Shown here in pieces: positions 36,064 through 47,580 of a DNA stretch of 64,000 bases. A program made the position numbers and the translations under genes. Positions within the stretch are counted from its first letter, which is position 1, and each line of letters opens with the position of its first letter. Under the pieces are notes generated by a model that worked only from the letters and a program-made list of their open reading frames with translations, was not told the origin of the DNA and did no database searches. The stretch spans positions 48,734,001-48,798,000 of the forward strand of contig NW_024704742.1 of NCBI RefSeq assembly GCF_018977255.1. Reading direction: 5' to 3'. The DNA comes from Callorhinchus milii. Its lineage: Eukaryota.

Positions 36064-39000
36064 CGGATCGCTTAATGAGGAACCCTGCTAGAAAACCCAC
36101 ATTATATTCCAACCCATATTTAATTACAACTTTAAGTAAATTTACTTTAAGTAAATTGCTGAATGCTTTCAGAGACCAATAGTCTTCAAGTATTTTTATT
36201 CCGCAAGTTTTTGTTTTTGAGATATCATTTCACTGAGAACTGAAATCTGAAAAGTTTTGATGTTCAAAAAACGGTGTTTGGTTATGATGTAAAGAGGATC
36301 AATACCTGATAACAAACAAAAAGAAACGTTGTGGGGGGTTTTCTCGGGGGTGGGGGGTGGGGGCAGGAGGGAACAAGGGTCAAACCATTCACACAGATGA
36401 CATTTCTTGGCAGCAAAGCTATTTTCCTCCCTATGTCTGGGAGCCACCCTTTAGCTGCAGCCTCGGCCAGACATTGGAAGCTTGCACGGCTTTGCCTGAA
36501 ATCATTGTGCTCCACCTAACTGCAATGCACACAATATAGCCATTGACTGCTGGTTACTGGACGCACAGGCTTCATGTGTCGGATTCAATAATTGCTGTAT
36601 AGTAAAAATCTAACCCCTTAGCCCTGTAAGAAAACATTGCGTCTGATTCCCTTCATCTGCTGTCCTTTGTGTTGCTTGCAACAAAAGCGAGTTGTTTGTG
36701 TTGGGTGAGGTCATTTGTTTTTGTTTAAGCAGAGGATGAAAGATTGCGCCAGAACAATTCAGTTACAACAGGGTGTAAGCAGAAAACAAAGAGAGTACCG
36801 AGTGTTGAACTTTTTTTTATTTATCAATGGGTAATGTTTAAGGAAATCAGAGCTGGGCGGGGAAGGTACTAGCCTCTGGCGCTGTTACAGACATTCCACA
36901 GTAAATGGAATCTGCAAACAGAGCGATTGACCAAACGACCGGCCAGAGACATTTTTGTTGGCTGATGAGAAACCATGTAGTCCAAGAGGAAGAATTTGCA
37001 CCTGAATAACCACACAAAAGGATGTAAAGAGGTTAAAGGGAAACAAAACATAGTGTTGTTCCTTATTTCAGCACTTTACTTTCATGCTATCTTTACATCT
37101 GTTTATATCGACTGCATAATGGAAGGAGGTTTGTATGGTACACTCTCCATAATATGACATGATGCCACTCCACTCTCCTTGTAACTCTGAATAAATAGCC
37201 CTTTTGGAGTCGATGCTTTGGGTATAATTTGCAAACTGCACTTGTTGCTGCACTTTAGCCCACTTGAACTGGACTATTTAATGTATGAGGTTAATGCCAA
37301 ATAACTAGTGAAAGTGCTTTAGTGCCTCACAGTACAATCTAGGATCCCAGAATCGTTCGTCACATCCATTTGTAAGCAAAACTCACTTGTAGCTGCTTTT
37401 CAAATTCTAAGAATGAGGGGCTTTAACATGGATTATTTACCCACTCACTGGTCAATCCGCTTGTGGTTAATTAATCTGTTCACTAAAGCCATTAAAAATA
37501 CTTGGGGAAAAAAAGCAGTGCTGTCATCGAGGAGCCTGCCTCAAGGCTCTTACTCTATAATCTTGGCCAAATCTGTCCCTCCATTGTTTCTTTCTAAATT
37601 GCCAATCTGGGATTAAAAATGCCATACAATTTTAGTTGGTAGCACTCTCGTATCTAAATCAGAAGATTGTGGAAGGTTGTGAAATCAAGATTGGACTTTG
37701 AATTCATATAGTCTAGGTTTACACTCCTTTGCAGTGCTGGAGGTTAGCGGGTCATCAGAGCCTCCAGTGAAGCAGAGATGAGGAAATTAGCCCCTCATCC
37801 ATCTCTCTTCAACTGCCTTGGCTAGAGCAGTCACATAACAGAGTTCTCAAGCAAACCGATTTCACTAGTTGATGCATTCCCAGCAATGTACAAATATGAA
37901 TATAACACAAAAAGATGATATGAAGGCCTGTAAAACTGAGTAGCTTTTCAAAAACACTGATAATAAATGTCCTAGTTGGAACAAAAATTACAACCGGCAG
38001 GAATGATTCAGTTGAGAACTTTCTCTGTACGCTTTGTATGGAGTAAACTGCTTTTTATTTGTTTTCACTTCATCCCTTATTAGATTCCCTCTGCTGTAGT
38101 GTGTTTATGTGATGGGGATCAATATACAATGAATGTGGTTTACCTCAGACCACAGAAAGTTTGAAAGAATGTGCAGTTAACATTGTTCTGTTGGCCATAG
38201 TCACATCCGGGCACGGATTTAAACACGAATAGGGATTAACCCTTTGATAACAGCACCAAATTACGAATATTGGAGAATTACCAGTTGTGTTGAAATGTAT
38301 TCAAAAAATGTAGGAATGAAGCTCTCTGCAGTTTTGTACATGCATATACTATAATTTGACTTTGTAATAATCAACAACACAAAGATTTGTAGCAATTCTT
38401 CTCAATTTTATCTCATGCCGCTTTTGTTTCTTATTATAAGGATTATCACAGAAACATTTTGGGCAAAGCTTTTTTCACTGGTGCTTCATGTATCATTGTG
38501 TCACTGATTTGCAAAATGCAATACCATTTTTAGAATATAATATGGTGCATGTGTTCACTTTGCATTAGATCTTAGTTGGTTTAGCAGACAATGTGGCAGC
38601 TCCATATCAGAGATGGCTGGAGTTTTTGGTTGTTCAAGAATGAACTTACCTGAAAGGTCCATGATACACTGAACCACTGGCAAAGTCATTGTAAAATCCT
38701 CAGAAACAGCTTTATATTTCTGTATAATCTGTATATTACAAGCCGTTATACTAATTGGTGATTAATTTCATGGCTCTGCACAAAATCAATGCTACGTTTG
38801 CCTACGAAAAGCAGTTATTAGTTTTGGATGAAACTCCTGCAAAACACTTTGAGATACAATATATCAATGTGTAAAACAAAAGCAAAATTCAAGCACATGC
38901 TTTCTTGCAATCTCACTTTTTTTTGTGAAAATATATTTGAAAAGATTATATACAGTAAAACTCACAAACTTTTTATCAGTCGGGACCATAACATTTAATA

Positions 39001-41167
39001 TGATTACGTGAAGTCCAAGTGCAGGCAAACTGTATAAGTAGTATAAAATCCATTTTAAAGAAAACTAAGTGCTTTTGACAGGAAACTGAACGGGACTCGG
39101 GCGAGTGTGCGACTTGGCGATTACACAATTTAGCAAGATAAGACTTATGCAAGTTTTACTCTATTTTAAATATATAATTGTTTGATATCAGAATTATCAG
39201 AAATAGGGTGTTTCTATTTTAGGCAGGAGAGATTTTTTTTTATTTTAATTTGAGAGAACAACATTTTGACAAATAAATAATATATTGGGTAATTGAGATT
39301 CAGAGATAGATTGGATTTTTGTCCATCGATCTTTGCTGTGATCGAGACAAAGATTGAGTACAGACATCTGACTAATTGGTGTAAAGGGTGAATCAACCAA
39401 TTTTTACTGAGGGCAGCAGTACTTGGAGTTAGTACAGTTGTGTTATTCTGTTTCACACCAAGTCCTGTGCAGCGATGCATGAATGGGGCCATTGTAAATC
39501 CTTGGGTGCCAAAACCTGATGGAATTTTCAAGCTGGAGGTTATGGCGAGGTCAACACAAGTCTGCTCTAGATTAAAATTAATATGCTTTTGCATATTGTT
39601 CCTTTGAGATCTAGTTAGTGACAATGAACGGAAATTTAGAAGATTGATCACTCACCGTCCATGTGTAATAATAATAATGTTTTGGTCAGATATAAATATA
39701 TATTTTATTTTACATTTCATATATTTTACATTTCTGGAGGATGTCCCAAAGAGCTTCACAAGATTTATCATGAAATGTAGCGACTGTGTATTTTGTAGGT
39801 GAATGACTGACTGACTCACTGAAGGATTTGAGGATTCAGTGGCTAGTTGTGGAAAAACAAGCAGTAAGGGCCTATCTCATCCGTTCAATGTGGGCTCCCA
39901 CTGCTCCTCTTAACCTGAATTATGTTTGTGACACTACTATAGATGTAACTGGTCCATAAGGCCAAGTCTAGCAAAATTAATAAGGAAGCAGGTGCTGCAA
40001 GAAAGGTTTAAATGGGATTAAATGTTAAAACTGGATTTTACAAAACTTCACATGTAACCTTGGAATGCAAGTGATATAGTGAGGATTTGTACATGATATG
40101 AATCCACAAGCCTCTGACTCAGAGGCATGAGTGCTACTAACTGAACAGGCTCACACTTGAGTTGGTGTCGAGGAATATGCAGGATTCAATACGTATGATT
40201 TCTGAATATTAAATCACAGTCTCACCGATGTGTTATCACAATTACACAATGCAATACAATACAAATTTACATTTATATAGTGTCTTTCACATCAAACATC
40301 AGGAGGATGTCCCATGGCACTTAACAATCCTGGCTTGGTGTTCACAGGGGGTGGGGAGGGCAAAGATGACTAAAAGCGCTGTCAGAGAGATCAGTCTTGG
40401 GACGAACTTTGAAAGAGGTGAGGGAGGGAGGGAGTCGGAGAGACTTTGGGAAGAAGTTGCAGAGAGTGGGGGAAAATAATTTTTAAAGAAAAAATAATCC
40501 TTACATTTTGTATTGTGCCTTTCGTATCAGGACATCATTTACACAACAAAGCACTGACAACTTTGTTTTATTGGACTATACAGAACTAAGCATGCTGAAA
40601 ATGTTGTAAATTATATAACTAAAAGACCATGTGCTTTGCTAAGTATCGCTATTGGTTAGCTGCCATTGACTTCTCATGTGCTCTTCAGTCAGTTGCATAT
40701 GGGACCTATCCTCCCACCCCAGCATTAAAGCTGGCGATCGAAGTCAAGATACTTTCACTGTTCTTATTTAAAGTCTGAACTAATAGATCTGTTCATTAAA
40801 GATACCTAGATTTTGCACTACAACGAGAAAGGTGCAGAACGTTAGGAGCCAAGGCCATGCCACGCATCTTACTGCATTTGTTCAGCAACTCATTCCTTAC
40901 TATGCATGTTTAGACATATTGCACTGGGTGCCACTGTGTGTCCTACAGTTCTTATATAAAAAGGTTCAGTTGTGAATCATACCAATATGTCATTTGTTTG
41001 GTGCCAGTAGTGCAATTACTGAGTAACGTATAAATCTTTCTCTCTGGACATATTTATATAATAATAATATATTTACAATATATGCATAACATAATCTGTT
41101 TTCACTGATGAAATATATAGTTCCCACAAAAATATCCTACTGTAAAATGCTGCTGAACTATTGAGGA

Positions 41168-41500
41168 GCACAACAACAACAATTTACATTTATATAGCGC
41201 CTTTTGCGCAGGAAGCATCTCCTAGCGTTTGACAGGAGATCAAACAGATCAAACAGTGACAGAGTTTGATGCTGAGCCAGGGAGAGAGGGAGGTGACCGT
41301 GGGCGATTAGAAGATAGACAAGGGGCAGAAGAATTGAGACAGAGTTCCGAAGTCTTGTCTTGGGGTGCAGTGGTTGAAAACACAACTGCTCGTGGTGGAG
41401 TGGAGGGATAATGGACTTGTAGAAGACTAGAGGCAGCTGAGCAAAGAGGATAGTAGTGGAGTGAGGTGGAAGCAGGTCAGAGGTAGGGAGGTAGGAGTAA
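41168..41500 (-). mobile_element. degenerate L2 3' fragment
   Basis: (caa)n tttacatttatatagcgcc tail and a purine-rich body. Confidence 0.75.
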
Positions 41501-42329
41501 ATACGTACAAACCTCCTTTTAGGATTTGGGCAGCTGTTTATACATGAGCCATCACTTTTACACCAAGCTTCTTGTGGGGCTGTCTGCTTTACACAAACAT
41601 GTTGATGTGGCACATTTCACTGCCCCATACACTTTACCCACAAATATTTCAGTGTTCCGCAGAAAGTACATTATGCCAATTCTTTGTAGTTTCAATAGGT
41701 GTAAATGGCTCACGTGCCAGCTGGACTTGTATTTTCCCCTCAATTCAAAGCTAATCTAATAAATTCCACGACCAACCTTTTCAACTATTTTGCTTGTGGT
41801 TAGGAAGCAAAATTTTGGAATAAGCAGTTTGGAAAGCAGAATTTATATCAATTGGTCCATTTGCAATACAGTATTGTTTTTATTGTACTCATTTCTAACC
41901 TTGATAAGATCATGGTGCCTTGCAGTATAAAGGAATGTTGCTTGTCTCTTGTCCTTTGACTTGTGCAGGATGTGAACCTGTGCAGGGTTTTATTTCCTAA
42001 AGCTGCTGAGGTATTTACACTGCACGGCCATGGGGAAAAAGGGCTGTTTTTGTGAGACAGTAAAAGTTCCATCTTTATTCCGAGTCTGAATTGCAACTCA
42101 ATTATTTTGAAAGCACTTTTGTGGTTTGTCACACTGTATGGATGTGACAGGACATTCACATGAAGGGATCACAGTGTACATGAGGAAGAAGAAAATAGAG
42201 GGGTAAAGCAAAGTATTAGGATGTGTGGGAACTCATATGGATAACAATATCGGCACAGCCTAGTTGAGCAAAGTTACCGGTTTGGGTACAATCTATGGTA
42301 ACACAGACTTTTGCTTTTGCCTCTGACAG

Positions 42330-42436
42330 GACAACATTGCCTTGTTTTTGAGGGGTTGCGAAGAACTTGGACTAAAGGGATCACAGCTGTTTGACCCGGG
42401 TGACCTTCAAGATACAACCAACAAGTCTTCAATCAA
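42330..42436 (+). CDS. LIMCH1: LIMCH1 coding exon (107 nt; [35 protein letters not shown]+K)
   Basis: ttttgcctctgacag acceptor, AA|gtaagt donor, phase 0 start. Classic CH motif DNIxxFLxxCxxLGL...LFDPxDL. Confidence 0.95.
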
Positions 42437-42736
42437 GTAAGTAAGAAAGAAACAAGTTAATTAATGAATGAAGTGAATGATTGCTTCTACTGAATTGTGA
42501 AAGCCTTGGTTGCACTGCAGCAATTATCGAATTCCCTTGGATAAATGCTCAATAAATGATTTCATATTTGAAATTTGTATCTTTTAGTAATTAAATACAG
42601 CACGATCCACTTATAGTGGAACATTTTATTGATTATTCCATGTCCTAATTTGTAGTTAAAGTCTAGCCAGTGAGCCTTCCTTCACCTACAAAATACACAG
42701 TCACTACACTTTACAGTCAACCCAATTGCGCACAGC

Positions 42737-43085
42737 AACAACAACAACAACAACAAGATTCCATTTATAAAGCGCCTTTCACGTCAGGAGGACGTCCCAA
42801 GGCGCTGCACAGTTGGGTCAGGACCCGAGCAGGGGGAAATGGTCAGGGTGAGGGGAGGGAAGGGAGGGAGCGAGGAGGGGGGAAATGGTCAGGGTGAGGG
42901 GAGGGAAGGGAGGGAGCGAGGAGGGGGAAGAGAGTTGAGAGGGGAGCTGAAGGCACGGTCAAAGAGAAAGGTTTTGAGACCGGCCTTGAAGGAGGAGAGG
43001 GAGGAGGCGGCGAAGGCACTGGGGGATAGAGTTCCAGAGCCTGGGGGCTGAGAGGCTGAAGGTCCGACCACCGATGGTAGGGCGA
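42737..43085 (-). mobile_element. L2 3' fragment with an internal 46-bp tandem duplication
   Basis: RPTIGGRTFSLSAPRLWNSIP, (caa)n tail. Confidence 0.88.
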
Positions 43086-43368
43086 TTGCGACAGCAATGT
43101 CCCACAAGCAGTCGTGAAGTGAATGACCAATTCCATCTGGAGGATTGTTGGTCAGGACACTGTGACAAACTCTCTTCACTTTCTGATTAGTGCTAGGGGA
43201 TCTTTAACATCCACCTGAACAGGCAGAACGAACCTTGGTTTAATGTGTCATTTGAAGGACACATCTCTGACAATGCAAGACATCCCAACACTGGATTGAA
43301 GTGTCAGCTTGGACTATATGATTCCTAGTCCAGATGTGGGACTTGAACTGACAACCTTCTGACTCATT
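43086..43368 (-). mobile_element. Deu-domain SINE, interrupted by the L2 insertion
   Basis: ggatctttaacatccacctgaacaggcag..aaccttctgactca. Confidence 0.85.
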
Positions 43369-43440
43369 ATCTTTATCAATGGGAACTGACTGTACACCCA
43401 GCCTACTGGGCCATTTTGATTACAAAGTATATCATGTCTC

Positions 43441-43512
43441 CAGCTGAAACAACTGGATGTCTTTCAGATTTGCTGGCGAGAACATCTGAAAGACATCCAG
43501 TTGTTTCAGTTG
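43441..43512. repeat. inverted repeat, perfect 26-bp arms (43444-43469 / 43484-43509), 14-nt loop
   Basis: CTGAAACAACTGGATGTCTTTCAGAT and its exact reverse complement. Confidence 0.97.
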
Positions 43513-43944
43513 TTCTCACTGTATCAGCTGAGGCAGGAATGCAAAATTGTTTTGGCAAGTTTAACATATACAGAGTATCTTTCATCAAATTTTTAGAATA
43601 AACATATTTTATCCTTCATATTTGAGCATACATATCAAAGTGACTGTGTGTAAATAACAAGACAGAATTATCTGCCAATTTCATGGCAATCTTATCATGC
43701 ACTTCCAAACAGGCGTGACTAAATCAGGAATGCAGCACAACCTATACAGATGAAGTGGCTTGACTTGAATGTATGATTAAAGTTTCACTGGTGAACTAAT
43801 GCAGTCTTGTTCTCATCTTGCCATAATATGACTAAACCCTCTGCAAAACATGAATTCTGATAAGAATATGGTCACTCTGCAGTTTGTCAGACAATCATCT
43901 TGGTGAAAATAATTTGAATCATTCCCCAGCTTTGCTTGAGAGCA

Positions 43945-44340
43945 AACCCCAATTAGGGACTTTGAGCTCACAGTCTAGGCTGGCACTCCAGTACAGTGCT
44001 GGGTGGGAAATTCTGCATTGTCAGAGATGCAAACAGTCCTTTGGATGAGATGTTAAACCAAGGTCCCATCTGTCTGTTCAGTTGGATGTTAGAGATGCCA
44101 TAGCCCTATTTGAAAAAATGAGTTTCTCACGGTGTCTTGGCCAACTTCGCAGATGAAATTGGTCATTCACTTCATGGCTGTCTGTGAGCCATTGCTATGC
44201 GCAAATAGCCTGCTGAGTTGGTCTACAAATAGACAATTATTACACTTCCCAGTAAAACATACCAAGTAACCACACTTCACAATTGAAGTGCTTTGAGATG
44301 TGCTAAGCTACGAGCTCAAGTGCAAGGATTATTATTATAA
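43945..44340 (+). mobile_element. Deu-domain SINE
   Basis: tctaggctggcactccag..ggatgagatgttaaacc..gcaaggattattat. Confidence 0.85.
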
Positions 44341-45779
44341 ATCATTGGACATGTTCACCACTGTTTACTTGTAGAACAACCAATTTGAATTACAGTATTT
44401 TCTTCCCTCTAATTCTAATTGGTGCAGAACATTGTTGTGCTGAATCATGAAGGAGAGGCCAGAGACCAAACTAAGTCCATCCTGAAGCACTGCCAAATCC
44501 GAGTTAGTTATGTTAGTCATACATCTGCCAGGACCACCATGCTGGCTAATATTTCTCTGCTGTGCAGTATTGACTGAATAGTGATTGATTTCTTTAAGTA
44601 TCAGCTAATTGGCCTGTCTCGAGTATCCAAATTCTTTTTTTTATTTTAACCCACTTTCAAAACGCGTCCATGGGGGAAATGGCTGTGGCATTGCTCCTGA
44701 ACCATGCAAAAGCATTCCTCGCCTCGATACTCCACTTGCAGAGGGAAAGACGAGAAGGAACTCACTCAAATTATTTTTCAAACACTAACTTTGGTGGCCT
44801 AAAGGGCTACCAAAATGGAATAGACTTCAAATGTGTATCCTATGTCCAAGCATGCAGCATAAATAGTCTGAACAATACAAAATATAGCATGAACAACGTA
44901 AAAAGTTGACACTCCAGTGGAACATGGTAGGAGCACTGCGCTGTCGAAGGTGCTGAACTCTGGATTAGATTTTAAATGCAGATGGCAATTTCTTCTTGGT
45001 GTCCTAGCCAATAATCCTTCAAATAAAATACTAAGTATAACTTGAGATATTTGCCCCACCGAGCTATACTGCCAGTGAGTGAAGCAGTTTCCATTCAGCC
45101 TCTGCTCTGAGGCGGCTACCAATTACTGAATGATGAGTGCATACAGTAGAGAGATGAGCATCTGCATTGATTAGAACCAGCCCCAGTGCAGATAAGAGGT
45201 CAGTGTGGATAATTGGACATCACACAAAATGCAAATCGCCTATAGTGCTACGTAAAAAATTCTTCTAATTATCGTATTTTCTAATTAGGGGAATTATATT
45301 TTAATTATAGTATCACTCTGCAATGTCTTCTCTCTCTCTCCACTTGCCTCTCTTCATCTGACTCCTGCCCTCTGTTTTTCCTTTAAGTCACATCTTTTCT
45401 CTTTGACTCTGTCTCTCTCTCTGTGAGTACGTTTCTCTTCCTCTCCCTTCTTTCTATCTCTCTTTCTCAATCTTTACATTATCTTTATCTGTAACCCTAA
45501 ACAATATACAATATAAAGATTTATCTTTGTTGTTGGCCAAAAAGGTCCTGTTGGAGCATATGTACAAAGTTGCTAAGATCACATAGCCAGGGCAACCTGC
45601 CACACAACTTTGCACTTTTTTTTCCCGTATCGCACAAGCCCGCATCCGACTGTGTGAATAAACGGACGTGCAGATAATAGCATTCTACCGTACTTTCATT
45701 TGGAATATATTTATAATGATCTCCCTTTTTTTTAACAATGCAATATTGCACCTGACAGAAAAAAGAAGTATAAGTGCAT

Positions 45780-46400
45780 TAGGAAAAGCTGGGGTGTTTT
45801 GATTGACCAAGCAGTGAAATTATAGGGCAACAGTTGCGAAGGCAAATCTACATTAGGGTGCCATCAACACTCTGTTGGTGACTCTGCACTTGGACTTCAC
45901 TCAGTTTCAAGAGCCATATGTGTGAGAGGGCTTTGGGCCCATTTCTCGCGGGTTCAAGGAAAGGTAAAAAGAATAGTGTCAGGTCTTAAATGAATGAGCT
46001 GTGAAGAGAGGCTGAGAGCCTGTTATCATTGGGAAAGAGAAGTGAGCAGAAACATGATCTATGCTTTTAATGTGAAGTGAGTCCGTAGGGTGGATGTGGA
46101 GACGTTTGTTTTGCATTAGCTAGGGAAGACATTGCCTCAAGCCGAGGGCGGCCTGCGCCAGGCGTAATCTAAGAAGCAATTGCTTGACATTTAGTGTTGT
46201 TCACTTATGAAATAAGCCGCTGTCAAATCTAATGAATGCGGACTTGGTTAAAGAGTTCAAAAGATAAATGAACAGATTCATGATTCAACAGGGGCTCAAC
46301 GCCAAGACAAGGAGACGAAAGTGATCTGAGTAGGTCCTGTGCACGGACCAAAGCAGTGGCCAAGCAAAATGGCTGAATGACCTCCTTGTTTTCCTGTCCC
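45780..46400 (+). mobile_element. highly degenerate CR1 3' fragment
   Basis: gaaggcaaat..gggttcaaggaagg..atgagctgtgaagagaggct..atggctgaatgacctcctt. Confidence 0.6.
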
Positions 46401-46587
46401 CTTCTGCAGCAATCAGCCCATCAGATTCCACATTCTCATGAAGTTGAGGCCATATGTATCTACATGTATATGTTTCACATTTGCCACGTCCTTCTCTTTT
46501 AATTTAAATCAAACTACGCTGCAGCTCCACTATTTACAATGAAGTCACAGAATTCTATGAATTACAGCACAGAAGGAGGCCATTCTG

Positions 46588-46765
46588 ATAATAATCTTTA
46601 CATTTGATATAGCGCCTTTCACCTCAGGAGAATGTCTCAAAGCATTTCAGAGGATATACCGTAGTGCAATGACTGTATTTTGTAGGTGAACACGGCAGCT
46701 AATTTGTGCACCTCAATGTCCCACAAACAGGCATGAAGTGCATGACCAATTTTATTTGAGGGATT
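46588..46765 (-). mobile_element. SINE 3' half inserted in an old minus-strand CR1 tail (~46540-46900)
   Basis: SINE tail motifs; CR1 end acagcacagaaggaggccattc on the left. Confidence 0.7.
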
Positions 46766-47119
46766 AGCTACTCCACTGAAGCTACGCACCCAATCCCAAT
46801 TCTCTGCTCTTTCCCAGTACTTCTTTTTTACATTGTTTCTGTTCCAATACATATTCTTTGTAATACTGTTATAGACATAGCTTCAATAATAACTTACTAT
46901 AAAAAAAATTGCACTTGATATAATGCCTTATCCCATCGAAACATGTCAAAGCATTTCAGAATTTTTGGTCAAGTGCAGTGCCTGTGTAATTGTAGCTAAA
47001 CTTGTAACCTTATGTGTGAAAGAAACGTAATAGTTCCACTTTTAACACTTTCGTGATAGTCCCAAGTTTATGCTTCTTATCAATCCTCTAACCAGTAGGA
47101 ATCATTTTCACCGGAACTG

Positions 47120-47580
47120 CGAGGTTATACCTATCAGGAAAAGCTGACATGCTTGGACTCTTTTCTCTTGAAAAGAGAAAGGTGAGGGGTGACCTAGTAG
47201 AAGTCTTTAAAATTATGAAAGGTTTTGATAGGGTAGACATAGAGAAGATGTTTACACTTGTGGGGGAGACCAAAACCAGTGGCCATCAATATAAAATAGT
47301 CACCAATAAATCAAACAGGGAAGTCAGAAGAAACTTCTTTACACAGAGAGTGGTGGGAATGTGGAACAACTACTATAAGGAGTAGTTGAAGCGAATAGCA
47401 TACATGCATTTAAGGGGAAGCTAAATAAAAACACGAGGGAGAAAGGAATAGAAGGTTATGCTGATAGGTTAGTTGAGGAAGGGGAGGAGGAGGTTCATGT
47501 GGAACATAAACACTGGCATACACCAGTTGGGCCGAAAGGCTTGTTTCTGTGCTGTATATTCTATGTAATTCTATGTAACT
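47120..47580 (+). mobile_element. CR1 3' end
   Basis: LGLFSLEKRKVRGDLVEVFKIMKG..RRNFFTQRVV.MWN, tail (attctatgta)2. Confidence 0.9.

Noticed and set aside
36905..37009. Short ORF MESANRAIDQ... as a first coding exon
   Set aside because: It ends in a stop with no convincing donor in frame.
39214..39651. 145-aa minus-strand ORF and similar ORF-track entries
   Set aside because: No recognisable domain or splice context; consistent with chance ORFs.
45325..45480. CT-rich tract
   Set aside because: Decayed low-complexity microsatellite with no supported exon.
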